From a virus, in IMG/VR virus record IMGVR_UViG_3300025273_000046: a stretch of 64,000 nucleotides of DNA; one strand, written 5' to 3'. A model generated the notes under the pieces. That model worked only from the letters and a program-made list of their open reading frames with translations, was not told the origin of the DNA and did no database searches. A program made the translations under genes and the position numbers. Of the stretch, positions 20,401 to 29,535 are shown piece after piece. Positions within the stretch are counted from its first letter, which is position 1, and the number at the start of each line of letters is the position of its first letter.

Positions 20401-21087
20401 CTCAGCGATTTTGAGGTCGCTTATGTCGATCGGGCCATAGCCAACACAGAAAAGCTGCCGCAGGTACTGGTCGTTACCCACGATCTCGGTGTAGTCGCCT
20501 GCTGCCTTTGGCGGCGAGATGCGGTGGATGCCGAAGATTTCTGGCACCGCGCCATACTGCAAATTTTCGTTTTGCGCGCCACCAATGGAATAGAGCGTCT
20601 TGGTGTTGTCGGCCGCTTGCTGTTTTGGCTTGGCAACCGGGAAAAGAGCATTGACCACCAATGAGCCAGCGACAGTCAGACCGGCACCGATTAAACCGGT
20701 TACCGCAGCGCCGGCAGCTGTGCCGACCAAGGCTGGCGCGAGCACGCCGAGAAGGTATGGTGCAAAGATCGCCGCGGCTATCGACACAATGGCGCCAAGA
20801 ATGCTCTTAAGCATCCCCTTGCCGGGCACCCTCACGATCGCGACAGAGGCACCAGCCTTGACACGCACACGCGGCCAGTTTGCCCGGTTGATCGAGTGGC
20901 CGTTGATCGTGATGTACAGCCTCGACGGCTCGACTTCGCAAAAGTCTAAGATCTCGGCGACAGAAAGGCAGGCTGGCACGCGTATGTGCTCGCGATGCTG
21001 GCGCAGTGGCGAGCGACGCAGATAAACGTCTACGCCTTCGCCCGGCGCGAAGATCTCAACCGGCGCCGGCGCCGATACTAGTTGCAT
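17440..21087 (-). CDS. Tail tip / host-specificity protein (lambda gpI+gpJ-like fusion)
   Basis: 1215 aa; N-terminal ubiquitin-like/TM segment, YGAVPEIFG, TRNPA motif, FnIII-like repeats. Confidence 0.9.
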   Translation of the reverse strand: MQLVSAPAPVEIFAPGEGVDVYLRRSPLRQHREHIRVPACLSVAEILDFCEVEPSRLYITINGHSINRANWPRVRVKAGASVAIVRVPGKGMLKSILGAIVSIAAAIFAPYLLGVLAPALVGTAAGAAVTGLIGAGLTVAGSLVVNALFPVAKPKQQAADNTKTLYSIGGAQNENLQYGAVPEIFGIHRISPPKAAGDYTEIVGNDQYLRQLFCVGYGPIDISDLKIAETPISTFEEASYEIITNHLTQSPTLYTKPVYEESVSVLLDNPSGWIQRTTADNIDEISVDVSFPNGVYRYRKKDGNRVNYNVNIEVQYAPAGTGSWVSMGQISVLAASAQAVRQSRSVAVARGQYDVRLWKSSPDYVGGDTVSETAYWTAVRGRRNEPVISFSKPLTLIALRIKATNELNGTISQLNCIVSPRIRSWNGATWVFNQTTRNPADHFRQVLQGNANARPVADASIDLESIQDWHAYCATQGFTFDLVAADQVSVYDRLTQIAAAGRASVSFRDGKWGIVWDVAGSDIVQHFTPRNSSGFSSTRAYADMPHGFRVNFINRDNNYLNDERVVYDDGYTAANATKFEGLDFPGVTDTKLIWRHGRYQIAQLRLQRESYSLMTDFEHLVCTRGDRVRVNHDVVLWGLGAARVKAVSAGGVTLDDTFSMESGKTYSMRFRLTDGTSLVRTVVGVDGEFTNFTFSDTGALPGVGDLVQFGENGTESVVLRVKSIMPQSDLSAKLELVDDAPAILTADTGTIPPFQTGIPALVDYRSLKPTGLASVESIWTTNPPTSAVRISWQAPQGGKVTSYIVQYAPKGSGLWYPINQVTVAYADLVDLPAGAYDVRVRAVFANDQLSGWLYGVVSAIIFATPPPDVTGFKIAVTGDSATFQWDPIAAETGISHYEIRYSPVPSPLVTWQTASLLRSPIVGQQVQLPPLRGTYLIKAVSFSGLRSPNPTIIVNTIDGLTSFNAVEDANEVAPFPGVKDGTYFDGSTLRLDVSSDFFDLADFFDPADFFLSTEGYLPFGYYYFEDVIDLGDTYTSRVSSAINASGEWSSDDFFSLEDAFGRADFFGDVGSLWNTLLEMSITDDDPSGSPTWSNWTPFVTGDIAARGYRFRARLETLQDDLTPIVTSMGVSIDMPDRVAAGNDIAVPPGGLTVSFDPAYKHLQGVSIAAQGLATGDYYLITAKNEAGFHMEFKNAAGTSISRTFDYVAKGYGAIQ

Positions 21088-21096
21088 TGATCTGCC

Positions 21097-21501
21097 CTAT
21101 TGATTGAGCCGGTAGAACCCGGAAATTCGACTTCGCCAGCGCATGTCGCCGATGCGCTGGATGACGGACGGATCATCCGGCCCTTCGCTGTGAAGCATCC
21201 GGCCTTGACCGAGAAAGACGCCCACATGGCTGTCGTGCCGCCCTGCCCGCATCAGCACGCAGTCGCCGAAAACAGGTGTGTCCACCTGCCGCCAGTTTTT
21301 CTCGCGTTCCTCGGCGATCAACGGGCCGATATCCCTGTGCCGGAACTCCCTGGCGTCCATCTCGGCGGAATATGCCGGCACCGGAGTGCCGAGCATATCT
21401 CGATAGAAGAGAAACAGGATGCCCCAGCAGTCCGCGCCGGCGTATTCGCGTCCGTGAGCCACATATGGAATCCCGACAAAGTCGCTCGCCGTTTTCGACA
21501 T
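21097..21501 (-). CDS. NlpC/P60 tail tip protein (gpK-like)
   Basis: GIPY...GADCWG and HVGVFLG..MLH motifs. Confidence 0.92.
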   Translation of the reverse strand: MSKTASDFVGIPYVAHGREYAGADCWGILFLFYRDMLGTPVPAYSAEMDAREFRHRDIGPLIAEEREKNWRQVDTPVFGDCVLMRAGRHDSHVGVFLGQGRMLHSEGPDDPSVIQRIGDMRWRSRISGFYRLNQ

Positions 21502-21503
21502 TG

Positions 21504-22007
21504 TCAGAACAAGCCGGGGAAGCTGCCGGGCGTGAAAAGCTGCGCCGGGTGCGGCTCATTAATGAGCGCATCTGCCACCAGCGTGGCGGAGATCCTGCCA
21601 TCGTCCATGGTGACATCCGAAAGCTGAAGCGCCGGCAGCTGGATCTCGACCGTGTTTAAATCACTGGCCAGGACGAGTTCGACCTTGATGTCCGCCGGCG
21701 TCGCAATGCTTCGCAGAATCGTAACCAGGGACCGGTCCGTGTTGTCCATGCTAAGTTGGACACGCGGCGGGCTATCGCTATCGTCGTCTGGCAGGGTGAA
21801 CTCGAATGGCAGGAAGAGGTATTCGTTGCCTCGGCTGTTCGTCCCATAGATGAGCGGATCGTCGGAAAGCCGCGCGGTTGGATCACTCGACAGGTAGATC
21901 GGCGTGCCGAGGTCCTCATGCGTCACAGTAAGGAGACAAATAACGACCTCGTCCGTTTCCTGCGCATAGACGACCTCACGGAACCTATCGCTTACATCCC
22001 GGCTCAT
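21504..22007 (-). CDS. Minor tail protein (gpL/DUF1833-like)
   Basis: Position; YLFLPFEFTLP and VQLSMDN motifs. Confidence 0.8.
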   Translation of the reverse strand: MSRDVSDRFREVVYAQETDEVVICLLTVTHEDLGTPIYLSSDPTARLSDDPLIYGTNSRGNEYLFLPFEFTLPDDDSDSPPRVQLSMDNTDRSLVTILRSIATPADIKVELVLASDLNTVEIQLPALQLSDVTMDDGRISATLVADALINEPHPAQLFTPGSFPGLF

Positions 22008-22357
22008 GGCAGCACCTCGAGGGCGATTTGAACGCGCCAGTCGATCCCGACTGACGAGACGGACGCCGGCTGGCGCATTCTTACCAGCAACGGAGAACCG
22101 CCATGCGGATCAGGGAAAGTGAAGGCGCGCGCGCGGTCCTTGATGTCGTCGATCACGAAGTCGATGAACGCCTGGTATTGCGCCTCGATCATCATCATGC
22201 TCCCCGTGATCGGCCGCACATTCGCGGTCGTGCGCCGGCGCACCTTGGCAGGCCCGACAGAGACATTAGAAGCGAGCAGGTTGTCCGCACCCTCTTCGGC
22301 GTAACCATCCTGCAGGAATTCTTGTGGCAGGCCCGCGGGCCAAGAAGGGACTGTCAT
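22004..22357 (-). CDS. Distal tail protein (gpM-like)
   Basis: WPAGLP...GPAKVRRR...FTFPDP; directly after the tape measure gene. Confidence 0.8.
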   Translation of the reverse strand: MTVPSWPAGLPQEFLQDGYAEEGADNLLASNVSVGPAKVRRRTTANVRPITGSMMMIEAQYQAFIDFVIDDIKDRARAFTFPDPHGGSPLLVRMRQPASVSSVGIDWRVQIALEVLP

Positions 22358-25300
22358 CGACGTGCGAGGCCTTCCGAAAGACCGAATTGCGACTTCACGG
22401 CACGGCGCGAGCGCGTTCCAGGTGTGCTCAGATTCGAGGCGACGGCCTCGTCGATAATGACATCGAACTGCAGCCCGTCATTCGTATCGCGCCGCTGTGC
22501 TTTCACGCTCGACCCGTTGTTGTTGACCACGTTGAAATTCACATTCACATTCGCCGCGCTCCTGGCGCCGGAAAGCAATGCTTCGGTTTTTTGATTCGGC
22601 ACCACCTTCGAGCCGCGCGGCAGGTTCACCAGCTCACGGCCGCGCTCCCCGACCATTGCAACGCCGCCAGGCGCGAAGTCAGTGCCTTCGGCAAAGCCGC
22701 GAATGAGGAAGCTGCCAAGCGTCGTATTCGGCGCCCACATCGAGCTCGTCGGCGAAATGCCTCCGAATAGGCTACCAAGGCTACCAAGGAAGCTCGATGG
22801 ACTGTTGGCGCCGTTCGCCGCCGCCACCAGCTGCTGGGAGAATTGGCCGAGGCCGCCACCTAGATTGGTCAACCCCTGCGCAGCAGTGTTGACGGCCGGC
22901 GCCATGTTGCTGAGTCCACCACCCAAGCCATCGAGACCTTTGGTGGCAACGCCGGCAGAAGAGCTCAGCTTGTTGACCGCATCGGCGGCGCTTTCCATGT
23001 TCTGGTTAGCACCGATCCCCTGCCACTTGCTGATCCCAGCCTTGCCTGCCCCATACCATGCGCCCCAGCCGTTTTTGGAGGCATAGTCGAGCGCGAAATC
23101 GATACCGGCAGGACCATTGGCGGCGATGGCCGGATCAAGTCCAGTCTTCGACATGAAGGCATTCCCAAGGCCGCCGCCCTTATAGAGCTGGAATGGTCCA
23201 AAAGATGCTTCCCGCACCCCGTTCTTCACATAGTTGGACTGCAGGTTCCAACTGCTCAGCCCACCTTCAGAGCGAGCAACAGCGAGTGCGATGCTCGGGT
23301 CGATCCCGCGCTGCGTCGCCGCCTGCGCGATGTAACTGGCCACATCGCCGAGAGGAGCGCGCGTGACGGGCGTCACCGGAGCCGTCCCGACGTTGTCGTT
23401 TACGGCACCGAGAAGCTTTCCAAGCGTTGTATTGGCCGAGAAATTGTCGTTGGCTGCAATTTTACCGATGCCCAGGCTGCCGAGCAGTCCGCCGCTCGAC
23501 CCCGTACCAACGATCGCATTGACGAACTGCTCGAACAGCCGGTCCGTCACCTTCGCTAGAACATTGTTGAGCGCGTTCAGGATCGCATTACCGAGCGCCT
23601 CGCCGATGCTGTCACCTTGCATCAATCCGTCGCGGAAATCGGTGAAGAAGCCGCGCACGCCATCGCGCAGTTCCTGAATCCGCATGTTGTCACGCATCAC
23701 CTGCGCTTCCTGCGACATCAGGTCGACCGGCAAGCCGGCTCCGCGCTGACGTGAGGCGATCTGCTGATCTTCAGACGAACGGAAGATTTGCTCGCGCTCG
23801 AACTGCAGATCATTTGCCAGCTTGGCACGGTTATAGGCGTCGGTCAGCTTGCCAAGTTCCTGCGCCTTCTGGCGGATCAACTCCAGTTCGGATTGGTCGA
23901 CGTCGACGCCATTTTTTGCCGCCTCGATACGCAACGCCGAAGTCAGCTCATATTCCTTGCGCAGCGCGACAACTTCGCCGCCGGTCTTGCCAATCAGGTC
24001 GATTTCCGTCTGCTGGTCCTGCACCATTCGCTGCATGTTCTGCGCACGATCGCGCTGCGCCTCCAGCAGTTGATGTTCGGCGGCAATTCTTGCTTGTATG
24101 CCCGCGAGATCGATCCTGTAGTCGCGATCCGTCGTGCTTTCCCTCTCGTTGAACTGCGCAGCCGCGGAGGCGCGCGCCGCAGCCTCGCGCTCGGCTGGAG
24201 AGCGCGCAGCAGCCTCCTGCCTGATGGCCGCGAGGCGGTTCTGCTGCTGCTGAAAGAGCGATGGCGTCCGGTCGGCCTGAGCCTGTGCATCGCGAATGGG
24301 ACTGAAGACGCCCAACGGATCTAGCGGCGGCAAGGTGCCGATCTGCGTCAGAAGATCCTTGGTTTTTGTGATCTCCGTATTGATCTGCAGAAACTGCTGG
24401 GCAGCCTTGAGGATTTTGTTTCCAAACTCCTCGTACTGAGGGTTAACCTTCGAGATTTCCGAGATCGTATCAATGAACTTCTCCCCCTCGATCCGCCCGC
24501 TGCGGATGCCGCTGTCGAGCCCGCGGAAGGCGTCCTCAAACGGCTTGTAATCTTGGGAGAGATTGAAGAACGCCTGCCCGCCTTTGCCAGGGGTCTGCAT
24601 GGTGCCGAACTGTTCGCGCAGCTCGCGCGCCGCCTGCACCTGCAGCTTCTGCTGCTCGGCGAGGCTACCAATCGTCGATGCCCGCGAAACAGCCCGGTCC
24701 GCATTCGAATAGGACCGCGCGCTGCGTTCTGCCACACCATAGGCTTCAGCCAGGGCTTTCACGTTGGCCTGATGCTGTTGCAGCAGCTGGTCGGCATTCT
24801 TCAGCGATGTTTCGCTGCTCTTGGCGTACATGATCGCCGCTGCGCCGGCGGCACCCAATGCAAGCGGCAGTGCGCCGATGCTGGATACGGCTATCGTCGC
24901 GACAGAGGCCACATCGCTGAGAGCGGCTTTAACGCCTCCTTGACCCGCATATAGCTGGGCAATCTGCGGGCCTTGCTGCGCTGCAATTATGCTGAGCGGC
25001 GTGCCTGATGCGATACCTTGACTTATGTCGAAGGCCTGGTAGCCCAGGATCTGGCGGCGACCCTGCGCAGAGTTGTCGTTTGCGCCCTTTTTCTGCTCTT
25101 CGTTCAGTCGCTCATGCGCAAGACGAACCTTGTCCAGTTGCTCGACCTGCTGGTTACGCAGACGAAGAACCTGCTGCTCAGCCTCCTGCTGGGTCGTAAC
25201 GCCCTGAAGGACGGCGCGGTTGATCACCTGCAGGGACCGCGTCATTTCGGATTCGAGCTTCAGCTGCGCAGCAAGAACCGGATCAGTCTTCGATCGGAGC

Positions 25301-25515
25301 CGGTCATAAGCCGCAGCCGTCCGCTCGATCGACTGCGGCAGCTGGTTTTCATAGATGCGCATTGACTGCTGGATAGCAGCAGTCGCCTTCGCCTGCGCAG
25401 CCGCGGCACGCTCGCCGAGGTGATCATAAGCGAGAGCCACACGGCGCTCGCCAGCCTCGACGCCAGAGGCATCGATAACAAGCTCGACAATCTTGCGATC
25501 GCGTTGATCAGCCAT
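22354..25515 (-). CDS. Tape measure protein with an internal lysozyme/transglycosylase-like domain
   Basis: 1053 aa Ala/Gln-rich helical protein with QQGPQIAQ motif; internal GIDPSIALAVARSEGG...SFGPFQL. Confidence 0.93.
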   Translation of the reverse strand: MADQRDRKIVELVIDASGVEAGERRVALAYDHLGERAAAAQAKATAAIQQSMRIYENQLPQSIERTAAAYDRLRSKTDPVLAAQLKLESEMTRSLQVINRAVLQGVTTQQEAEQQVLRLRNQQVEQLDKVRLAHERLNEEQKKGANDNSAQGRRQILGYQAFDISQGIASGTPLSIIAAQQGPQIAQLYAGQGGVKAALSDVASVATIAVSSIGALPLALGAAGAAAIMYAKSSETSLKNADQLLQQHQANVKALAEAYGVAERSARSYSNADRAVSRASTIGSLAEQQKLQVQAARELREQFGTMQTPGKGGQAFFNLSQDYKPFEDAFRGLDSGIRSGRIEGEKFIDTISEISKVNPQYEEFGNKILKAAQQFLQINTEITKTKDLLTQIGTLPPLDPLGVFSPIRDAQAQADRTPSLFQQQQNRLAAIRQEAAARSPAEREAAARASAAAQFNERESTTDRDYRIDLAGIQARIAAEHQLLEAQRDRAQNMQRMVQDQQTEIDLIGKTGGEVVALRKEYELTSALRIEAAKNGVDVDQSELELIRQKAQELGKLTDAYNRAKLANDLQFEREQIFRSSEDQQIASRQRGAGLPVDLMSQEAQVMRDNMRIQELRDGVRGFFTDFRDGLMQGDSIGEALGNAILNALNNVLAKVTDRLFEQFVNAIVGTGSSGGLLGSLGIGKIAANDNFSANTTLGKLLGAVNDNVGTAPVTPVTRAPLGDVASYIAQAATQRGIDPSIALAVARSEGGLSSWNLQSNYVKNGVREASFGPFQLYKGGGLGNAFMSKTGLDPAIAANGPAGIDFALDYASKNGWGAWYGAGKAGISKWQGIGANQNMESAADAVNKLSSSAGVATKGLDGLGGGLSNMAPAVNTAAQGLTNLGGGLGQFSQQLVAAANGANSPSSFLGSLGSLFGGISPTSSMWAPNTTLGSFLIRGFAEGTDFAPGGVAMVGERGRELVNLPRGSKVVPNQKTEALLSGARSAANVNVNFNVVNNNGSSVKAQRRDTNDGLQFDVIIDEAVASNLSTPGTRSRRAVKSQFGLSEGLARR

Positions 25516-25918
25516 CGTCGTCTAGATCCGTTTCCTTGGCATCGAGGTAGAGATTGTCGAGGGTTTCAATCACCTCGACTTCCCATGGGGCGAGCCGCAT
25601 GCGCGTCATGCGGTTAAAGGCTTCAATATCCGACCATCCGATCGGTTCGGGGCCGGCAAATCCGACGCCCTTGCGGCGGCGGATGCGATGATAAGCTGTC
25701 CAGAGATAGGCGAGAGGTTGGGGAAAGGACGGAAGCTTTATTTCCGCCTCCAACTTCGCCCTTTTCTCCGGATTCCGGGTCCGCTTCAACAGAGCTTTCA
25801 CCCGGTCAAAATGCGTCACCCCGTCCTTGCCGACGATGTTCAGCGCAAAGCGGCGCTCGGCGAAAGCGATCAGCTCGTCGCAGAGCGCGGTGTAAAAGCC
25901 TTGTCTTCCACCAGCCAA
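25508..25918 (-). CDS. Tail assembly chaperone C-terminal extension (gpT-like)
   Basis: Overlaps the chaperone in the -1 frame; contains LAYLWTAY...PIGWSDIEA...EVEVIETLD. Confidence 0.75.
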   Translation of the reverse strand: MAGGRQGFYTALCDELIAFAERRFALNIVGKDGVTHFDRVKALLKRTRNPEKRAKLEAEIKLPSFPQPLAYLWTAYHRIRRRKGVGFAGPEPIGWSDIEAFNRMTRMRLAPWEVEVIETLDNLYLDAKETDLDDDG

Positions 25919-26298
25919 TCGACGATCTGCGAATAGGCCCAGCCCATCTCCGGCTTGATCAGAAGTTCACTGGCCTTCGAGACGTCATAGAGAACGCCGC
26001 CGATCTTGATGGGCGTCCAGTCCACGATCCGCGCGACGACCCACGCGACGTTGTCGCGCCGTGCCTCTTCGGGTGAGATCTCGTCCGGCTTGTACTTCTT
26101 ACCGTTGACCTGGGCGCTCTCGATTTGCTTCTGCTTGAGCAGGCCCTTGCGGGCTGCCGCGTCGCTCCACGCGATCGACTTTTCATGCGAGGGGCCGGCC
26201 AGAGTGACTTTCCAGCCGGTCGGCGTGCCGTTCCGCTCGATTTCGATGACGGCGACATCCGTGGGCAGAAAGCCGTCGAGTTCAACTGCATTGTCCAT
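25870..26298 (-). CDS. Tail assembly chaperone (gpG-like)
   Basis: Located between tail tube and tape measure; VTLAGP and VVARIVDW motifs; SD AAAGGA upstream. Confidence 0.8.
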   Translation of the reverse strand: MDNAVELDGFLPTDVAVIEIERNGTPTGWKVTLAGPSHEKSIAWSDAAARKGLLKQKQIESAQVNGKKYKPDEISPEEARRDNVAWVVARIVDWTPIKIGGVLYDVSKASELLIKPEMGWAYSQIVDWLVEDKAFTPRSATS

Positions 26299-26397
26299 TG
26301 TATCTGTCCTTTTCTCGGGAAGGAGAGCGGAGGGGCGCCGAGAAACGCCCCTCCGCATTGCGCGCAATTTTTAATCGGCTTCTCGGCGCCGATCCTG

Positions 26398-26721
26398 CTA
26401 TTTCGATTTCCTAGCTTCGCCGCTCACGAAGGTGGCAGGGTCATTGGATGATGACTGATCGAGGGGCGGCAGCGCTGCACGCTCCTCGTCCGTCAAAAGC
26501 AGGGATTCTCCCTGTATGACCCCATCCGGGCCGATCGGAAGTGGTGACCCGTCTAGATTCGTCACCTTCGCCCTCTTCGCCGTCTCGCTGATCGCGAGCG
26601 CCGTGATGGGCAGGCCTGCCGCCTGCGGAAAGACAATCACATAGCCGGCCGCAACTGCCTTATCGACTGCCTGCTGGAGCGTTTCGGCGGCATCACGCAC
26701 GGCCTTTTCAAGTGCTTCCAT
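26398..26721 (-). CDS. Hypothetical protein
   Basis: SD AAGGAG; same strand as the tail operon. Confidence 0.65.
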   Translation of the reverse strand: MEALEKAVRDAAETLQQAVDKAVAAGYVIVFPQAAGLPITALAISETAKRAKVTNLDGSPLPIGPDGVIQGESLLLTDEERAALPPLDQSSSNDPATFVSGEARKSK

Positions 26722-26741
26722 CTGGATCTCCTTCTGGAGTT

Positions 26742-27971
26742 TCAGGTCGCGTTGCTGACCTGCAGTTTCACCATAGTGGCGTCATAGGCGCCACCGCGTG
26801 TATCCTTGCCGACGAGCTCGGCAGGAACCCCGATCGTGACGGTACGGGCGCCGCCCGCCTTACTGAGGGCTGATTTCGCCACGCTGCCCAGCGTAAAATT
26901 CGGCACGAACACGGAGAAGAAGGCAGCCGGGGCCGCCGTGTTCTCTTGCCCGAGGACGTGCAGCGAGAACTGCGCCTCGGAACTGAAATCGGCGAGCGCC
27001 TGGAGGTCCTTGCGCAGCATCGTCAGGTTCATGGACGTCTGGAAGATACCCGTGAAGACATCGGGAGCCAGGCCGCCGGGGCTGATCGTGCTCGGCGCAT
27101 TCGGCTGCAGGTCGAAGGCGATGTCGAACGAGGTAATGTCGACGACGTCGGTGGAGCCCAGGCGGATCGTTGCCTCGGTCGCGGCCAGCGAAAGCGTTGT
27201 GACGTCTGTCGGCGACGTAAACACCGGTGCAGATGCGCCGGTCGCCGTGCTCATGGCGCCGGTACCGGTCCACCCGTATTCGGTGTCGAGCAGACCATCG
27301 GGCTGCATGCGGAGCGCCGCCCGCGTCCAGCGCGCGTCGGAAAACACTTCGGAACTGTCGAGATCGTACTCATACTCCTCGATCGTGAAGTAGGTGCGCG
27401 TCATCGCGCCCGCTGCGCCGTTGATGAGGATGCGACCGGGACGGATAATGCTGAAAGCCGTGTCCGGCGATGCATTCGCGATCAAGGTCTCAGCCACGGT
27501 AATGACGGACGATGTCAGCCCGACGATGCGAAGGTTCTGGCTGTTATTCGCCGCATCCGGGAGGCCGGTTGCGCGGATGACGTCGCCGACCCGCAGCCCC
27601 TTGGCAATCCAGTCGCCCGCGGCGGCGACGATCGTGCTTGTCGTCGTCGTGACACTGGTCATGTCGACCTGAGTGATGGTCATATCGGCGGCGGAATATG
27701 TGCTGCGCATGATCGCCTGCCAGATCGGGTCCGCGCGGCCGATAGCGAGCTCGCTGTTGTAGACGCCGGTCGTACGGCGCGAGCCGTGACGGCCGCGCAA
27801 CTGCTGACCGTCCTGGCGGACGATATTCGAGTTGATCGACTGCTTCGTCAGCTGACCGCCCTGGCCGCCCGAGGTGCCGAGCAGCAGCGCGCCGGCGCCG
27901 CTGGCAGGCGTTCCCTTTGCGCCCTGCGCCTTGATGGCGACATAGCCGTTCCATTGTTCAGAATAGGCCAT
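26742..27971 (-). CDS. Major tail tube protein
   Basis: Follows the tail terminator; RHGSRRTTG.YNSEL and RTYFTIEEY motifs; SD GGAG before ATG 27971. Confidence 0.82.
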   Translation of the reverse strand: MAYSEQWNGYVAIKAQGAKGTPASGAGALLLGTSGGQGGQLTKQSINSNIVRQDGQQLRGRHGSRRTTGVYNSELAIGRADPIWQAIMRSTYSAADMTITQVDMTSVTTTTSTIVAAAGDWIAKGLRVGDVIRATGLPDAANNSQNLRIVGLTSSVITVAETLIANASPDTAFSIIRPGRILINGAAGAMTRTYFTIEEYEYDLDSSEVFSDARWTRAALRMQPDGLLDTEYGWTGTGAMSTATGASAPVFTSPTDVTTLSLAATEATIRLGSTDVVDITSFDIAFDLQPNAPSTISPGGLAPDVFTGIFQTSMNLTMLRKDLQALADFSSEAQFSLHVLGQENTAAPAAFFSVFVPNFTLGSVAKSALSKAGGARTVTIGVPAELVGKDTRGGAYDATMVKLQVSNAT

Positions 27972-28030
27972 CGAAGGCTCCCTTGATGTCCGCGTCCAGG
28001 CGGGTTGATGGAAGTTGAAACCGAACCGCT

Positions 28031-28489
28031 CTAGCCGCGGTGCCAATAGATGAAGGCGCAGGTCATGGTCGCGCCGAACCAATTACCATCGTCGGATGCG
28101 CTTCCGCCGCCAGCCGTGAACGGATCTTCGGTGCGCAGGTAGCAGCCCGGCGAAACGCTGTCGTAGAACTGTTTGCGCCGGAAGATCTCGCCGATCTGAT
28201 CGCCATACTGCTTCGCGAGCTCGGTGCCCGACCCAACAGGAACGAACACATGCACGAAGATCATCCCGAGGTACTGGTAAGGATGGCTTCCCTGCTTGCC
28301 CTGTCCGTAGATCTCCGACGACAAACAACGAATTTCGAGGTTGACCCATGGCTGCAGTACCGCGTCGCCGTCGACAGGCGGCCACGGATCGGCAGGAACC
28401 TCATTTTCAAAGGCGATGCGCGTCAGCGTCCATTCCGCCACCAATTTGGCGCGGATCGCAGCTTCAGCCCCAGCATAGCTAGCCATCAA
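28031..28489 (-). CDS. Tail terminator-like protein
   Basis: Position; IAFEN and GMIFVHVFVPVGSG motifs. Confidence 0.75.
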   Translation of the reverse strand: MMASYAGAEAAIRAKLVAEWTLTRIAFENEVPADPWPPVDGDAVLQPWVNLEIRCLSSEIYGQGKQGSHPYQYLGMIFVHVFVPVGSGTELAKQYGDQIGEIFRRKQFYDSVSPGCYLRTEDPFTAGGGSASDDGNWFGATMTCAFIYWHRG

Positions 28490-29190
28490 CGCTCCGTAAT
28501 GATGATGACCGGGAAGCGCCGGTCGGCTTGATTGTGGGCGGTCTTGCCGTGTCTCTTCGCGATCGCGCTTTCAAGCACGCCGGACGCGGCACGCTCCGCT
28601 CCATCGTGGCCGAGCCACCACGACGCGCCGGATGACGCCGCCTTGCTCTGATTGACGCCGGCGCCATCGATCACCGCACGATAGGTGAACTGGACGCTGA
28701 CGACATTCCCGAAGCGGGAGGTGATCTTTCGGCGAGCCTGCTGATAGACCTCAGAACTCCCGGAAACCTTCATTTTCATGCGGCCGACTTCGATTTTGCG
28801 GCTGTACGGCAGTGTGTTCGTAATCATGACCTCGTCGCCCGAGCGCCAATTGGCGAGATTTGCGACCGTCCTTCCGTTCAGCATCATCTGATGTGCATTG
28901 CGATAGGCGCCCGTCAGGACCGGCGAGAGATCGAACAGCGTTTCCATGGCGAACTGCACGATCTCCGCAATCCGCTGATATTGATAGATGATGACGCCAT
29001 CCGCCTTCACCCGCTCTTCCGTAGCGCCGGCCACGCCGTCAACGATCCTTATGAAGGACGAGGGCCTTGGTTCTTCACCCATGATGGCCGCATGCTCGCG
29101 CTTTGCCGTGCTGACGATCAGCTGCTGCGTCAACTTCTCCGTATCCTGCTTGAGGATGCGGATTGTCTCGCCCATCGTGAGCTTTGCCAT
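28486..29190 (-). CDS. Neck / tail completion protein (HK97 gp10-like)
   Basis: Position; SPVLTGAYRNAH and ITNTLPYSRKIE motifs. Confidence 0.7.
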   Translation of the reverse strand: MAKLTMGETIRILKQDTEKLTQQLIVSTAKREHAAIMGEEPRPSSFIRIVDGVAGATEERVKADGVIIYQYQRIAEIVQFAMETLFDLSPVLTGAYRNAHQMMLNGRTVANLANWRSGDEVMITNTLPYSRKIEVGRMKMKVSGSSEVYQQARRKITSRFGNVVSVQFTYRAVIDGAGVNQSKAASSGASWWLGHDGAERAASGVLESAIAKRHGKTAHNQADRRFPVIIITER

Positions 29191-29200
29191 CCTCGCCCTG

Positions 29201-29533
29201 TCAGCCCTTTACGAACATCTCGATGCGAACGACAGTATCCGCCATCTTCATGTAATCCGGCTTGCCGATGATGGCGTGCGGCTCGTTGTCGATCAGCGCA
29301 AATCCGCCGGCCTGCGGCAGCCCGAAGCCCTCCAAGCCAGTCGGCGAGATAATCACCTTCTTATCGTTCTGCCGGATGGTCGTGCCGTCGATCTCGTCCG
29401 ACGAGACCTTGCGGACATGGCCCATGATCTCAACCGACGGTGTGGCCGCATTGGATTTTCGAAGGACGATGGTTTCACCGGCTACGGCGATCGATTCGTC
29501 CAGTTTCGCTATGGCGTCCTGAGGCGTGAACAT
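29201..29533 (-). CDS. Head-tail adaptor/stopper-like protein
   Basis: Position and size (110 aa). Confidence 0.65.
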   Translation of the reverse strand: MFTPQDAIAKLDESIAVAGETIVLRKSNAATPSVEIMGHVRKVSSDEIDGTTIRQNDKKVIISPTGLEGFGLPQAGGFALIDNEPHAIIGKPDYMKMADTVVRIEMFVKG

Positions 29534-29535
29534 CG

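Noticed and set aside
26327-26356. 11-bp GC hairpin as a terminator (similar hairpins near 31401-31420 and 32800-32835)
   Set aside because: No U-tract on the coding strand; probably mRNA-stability or processing hairpins common in head/tail operons.
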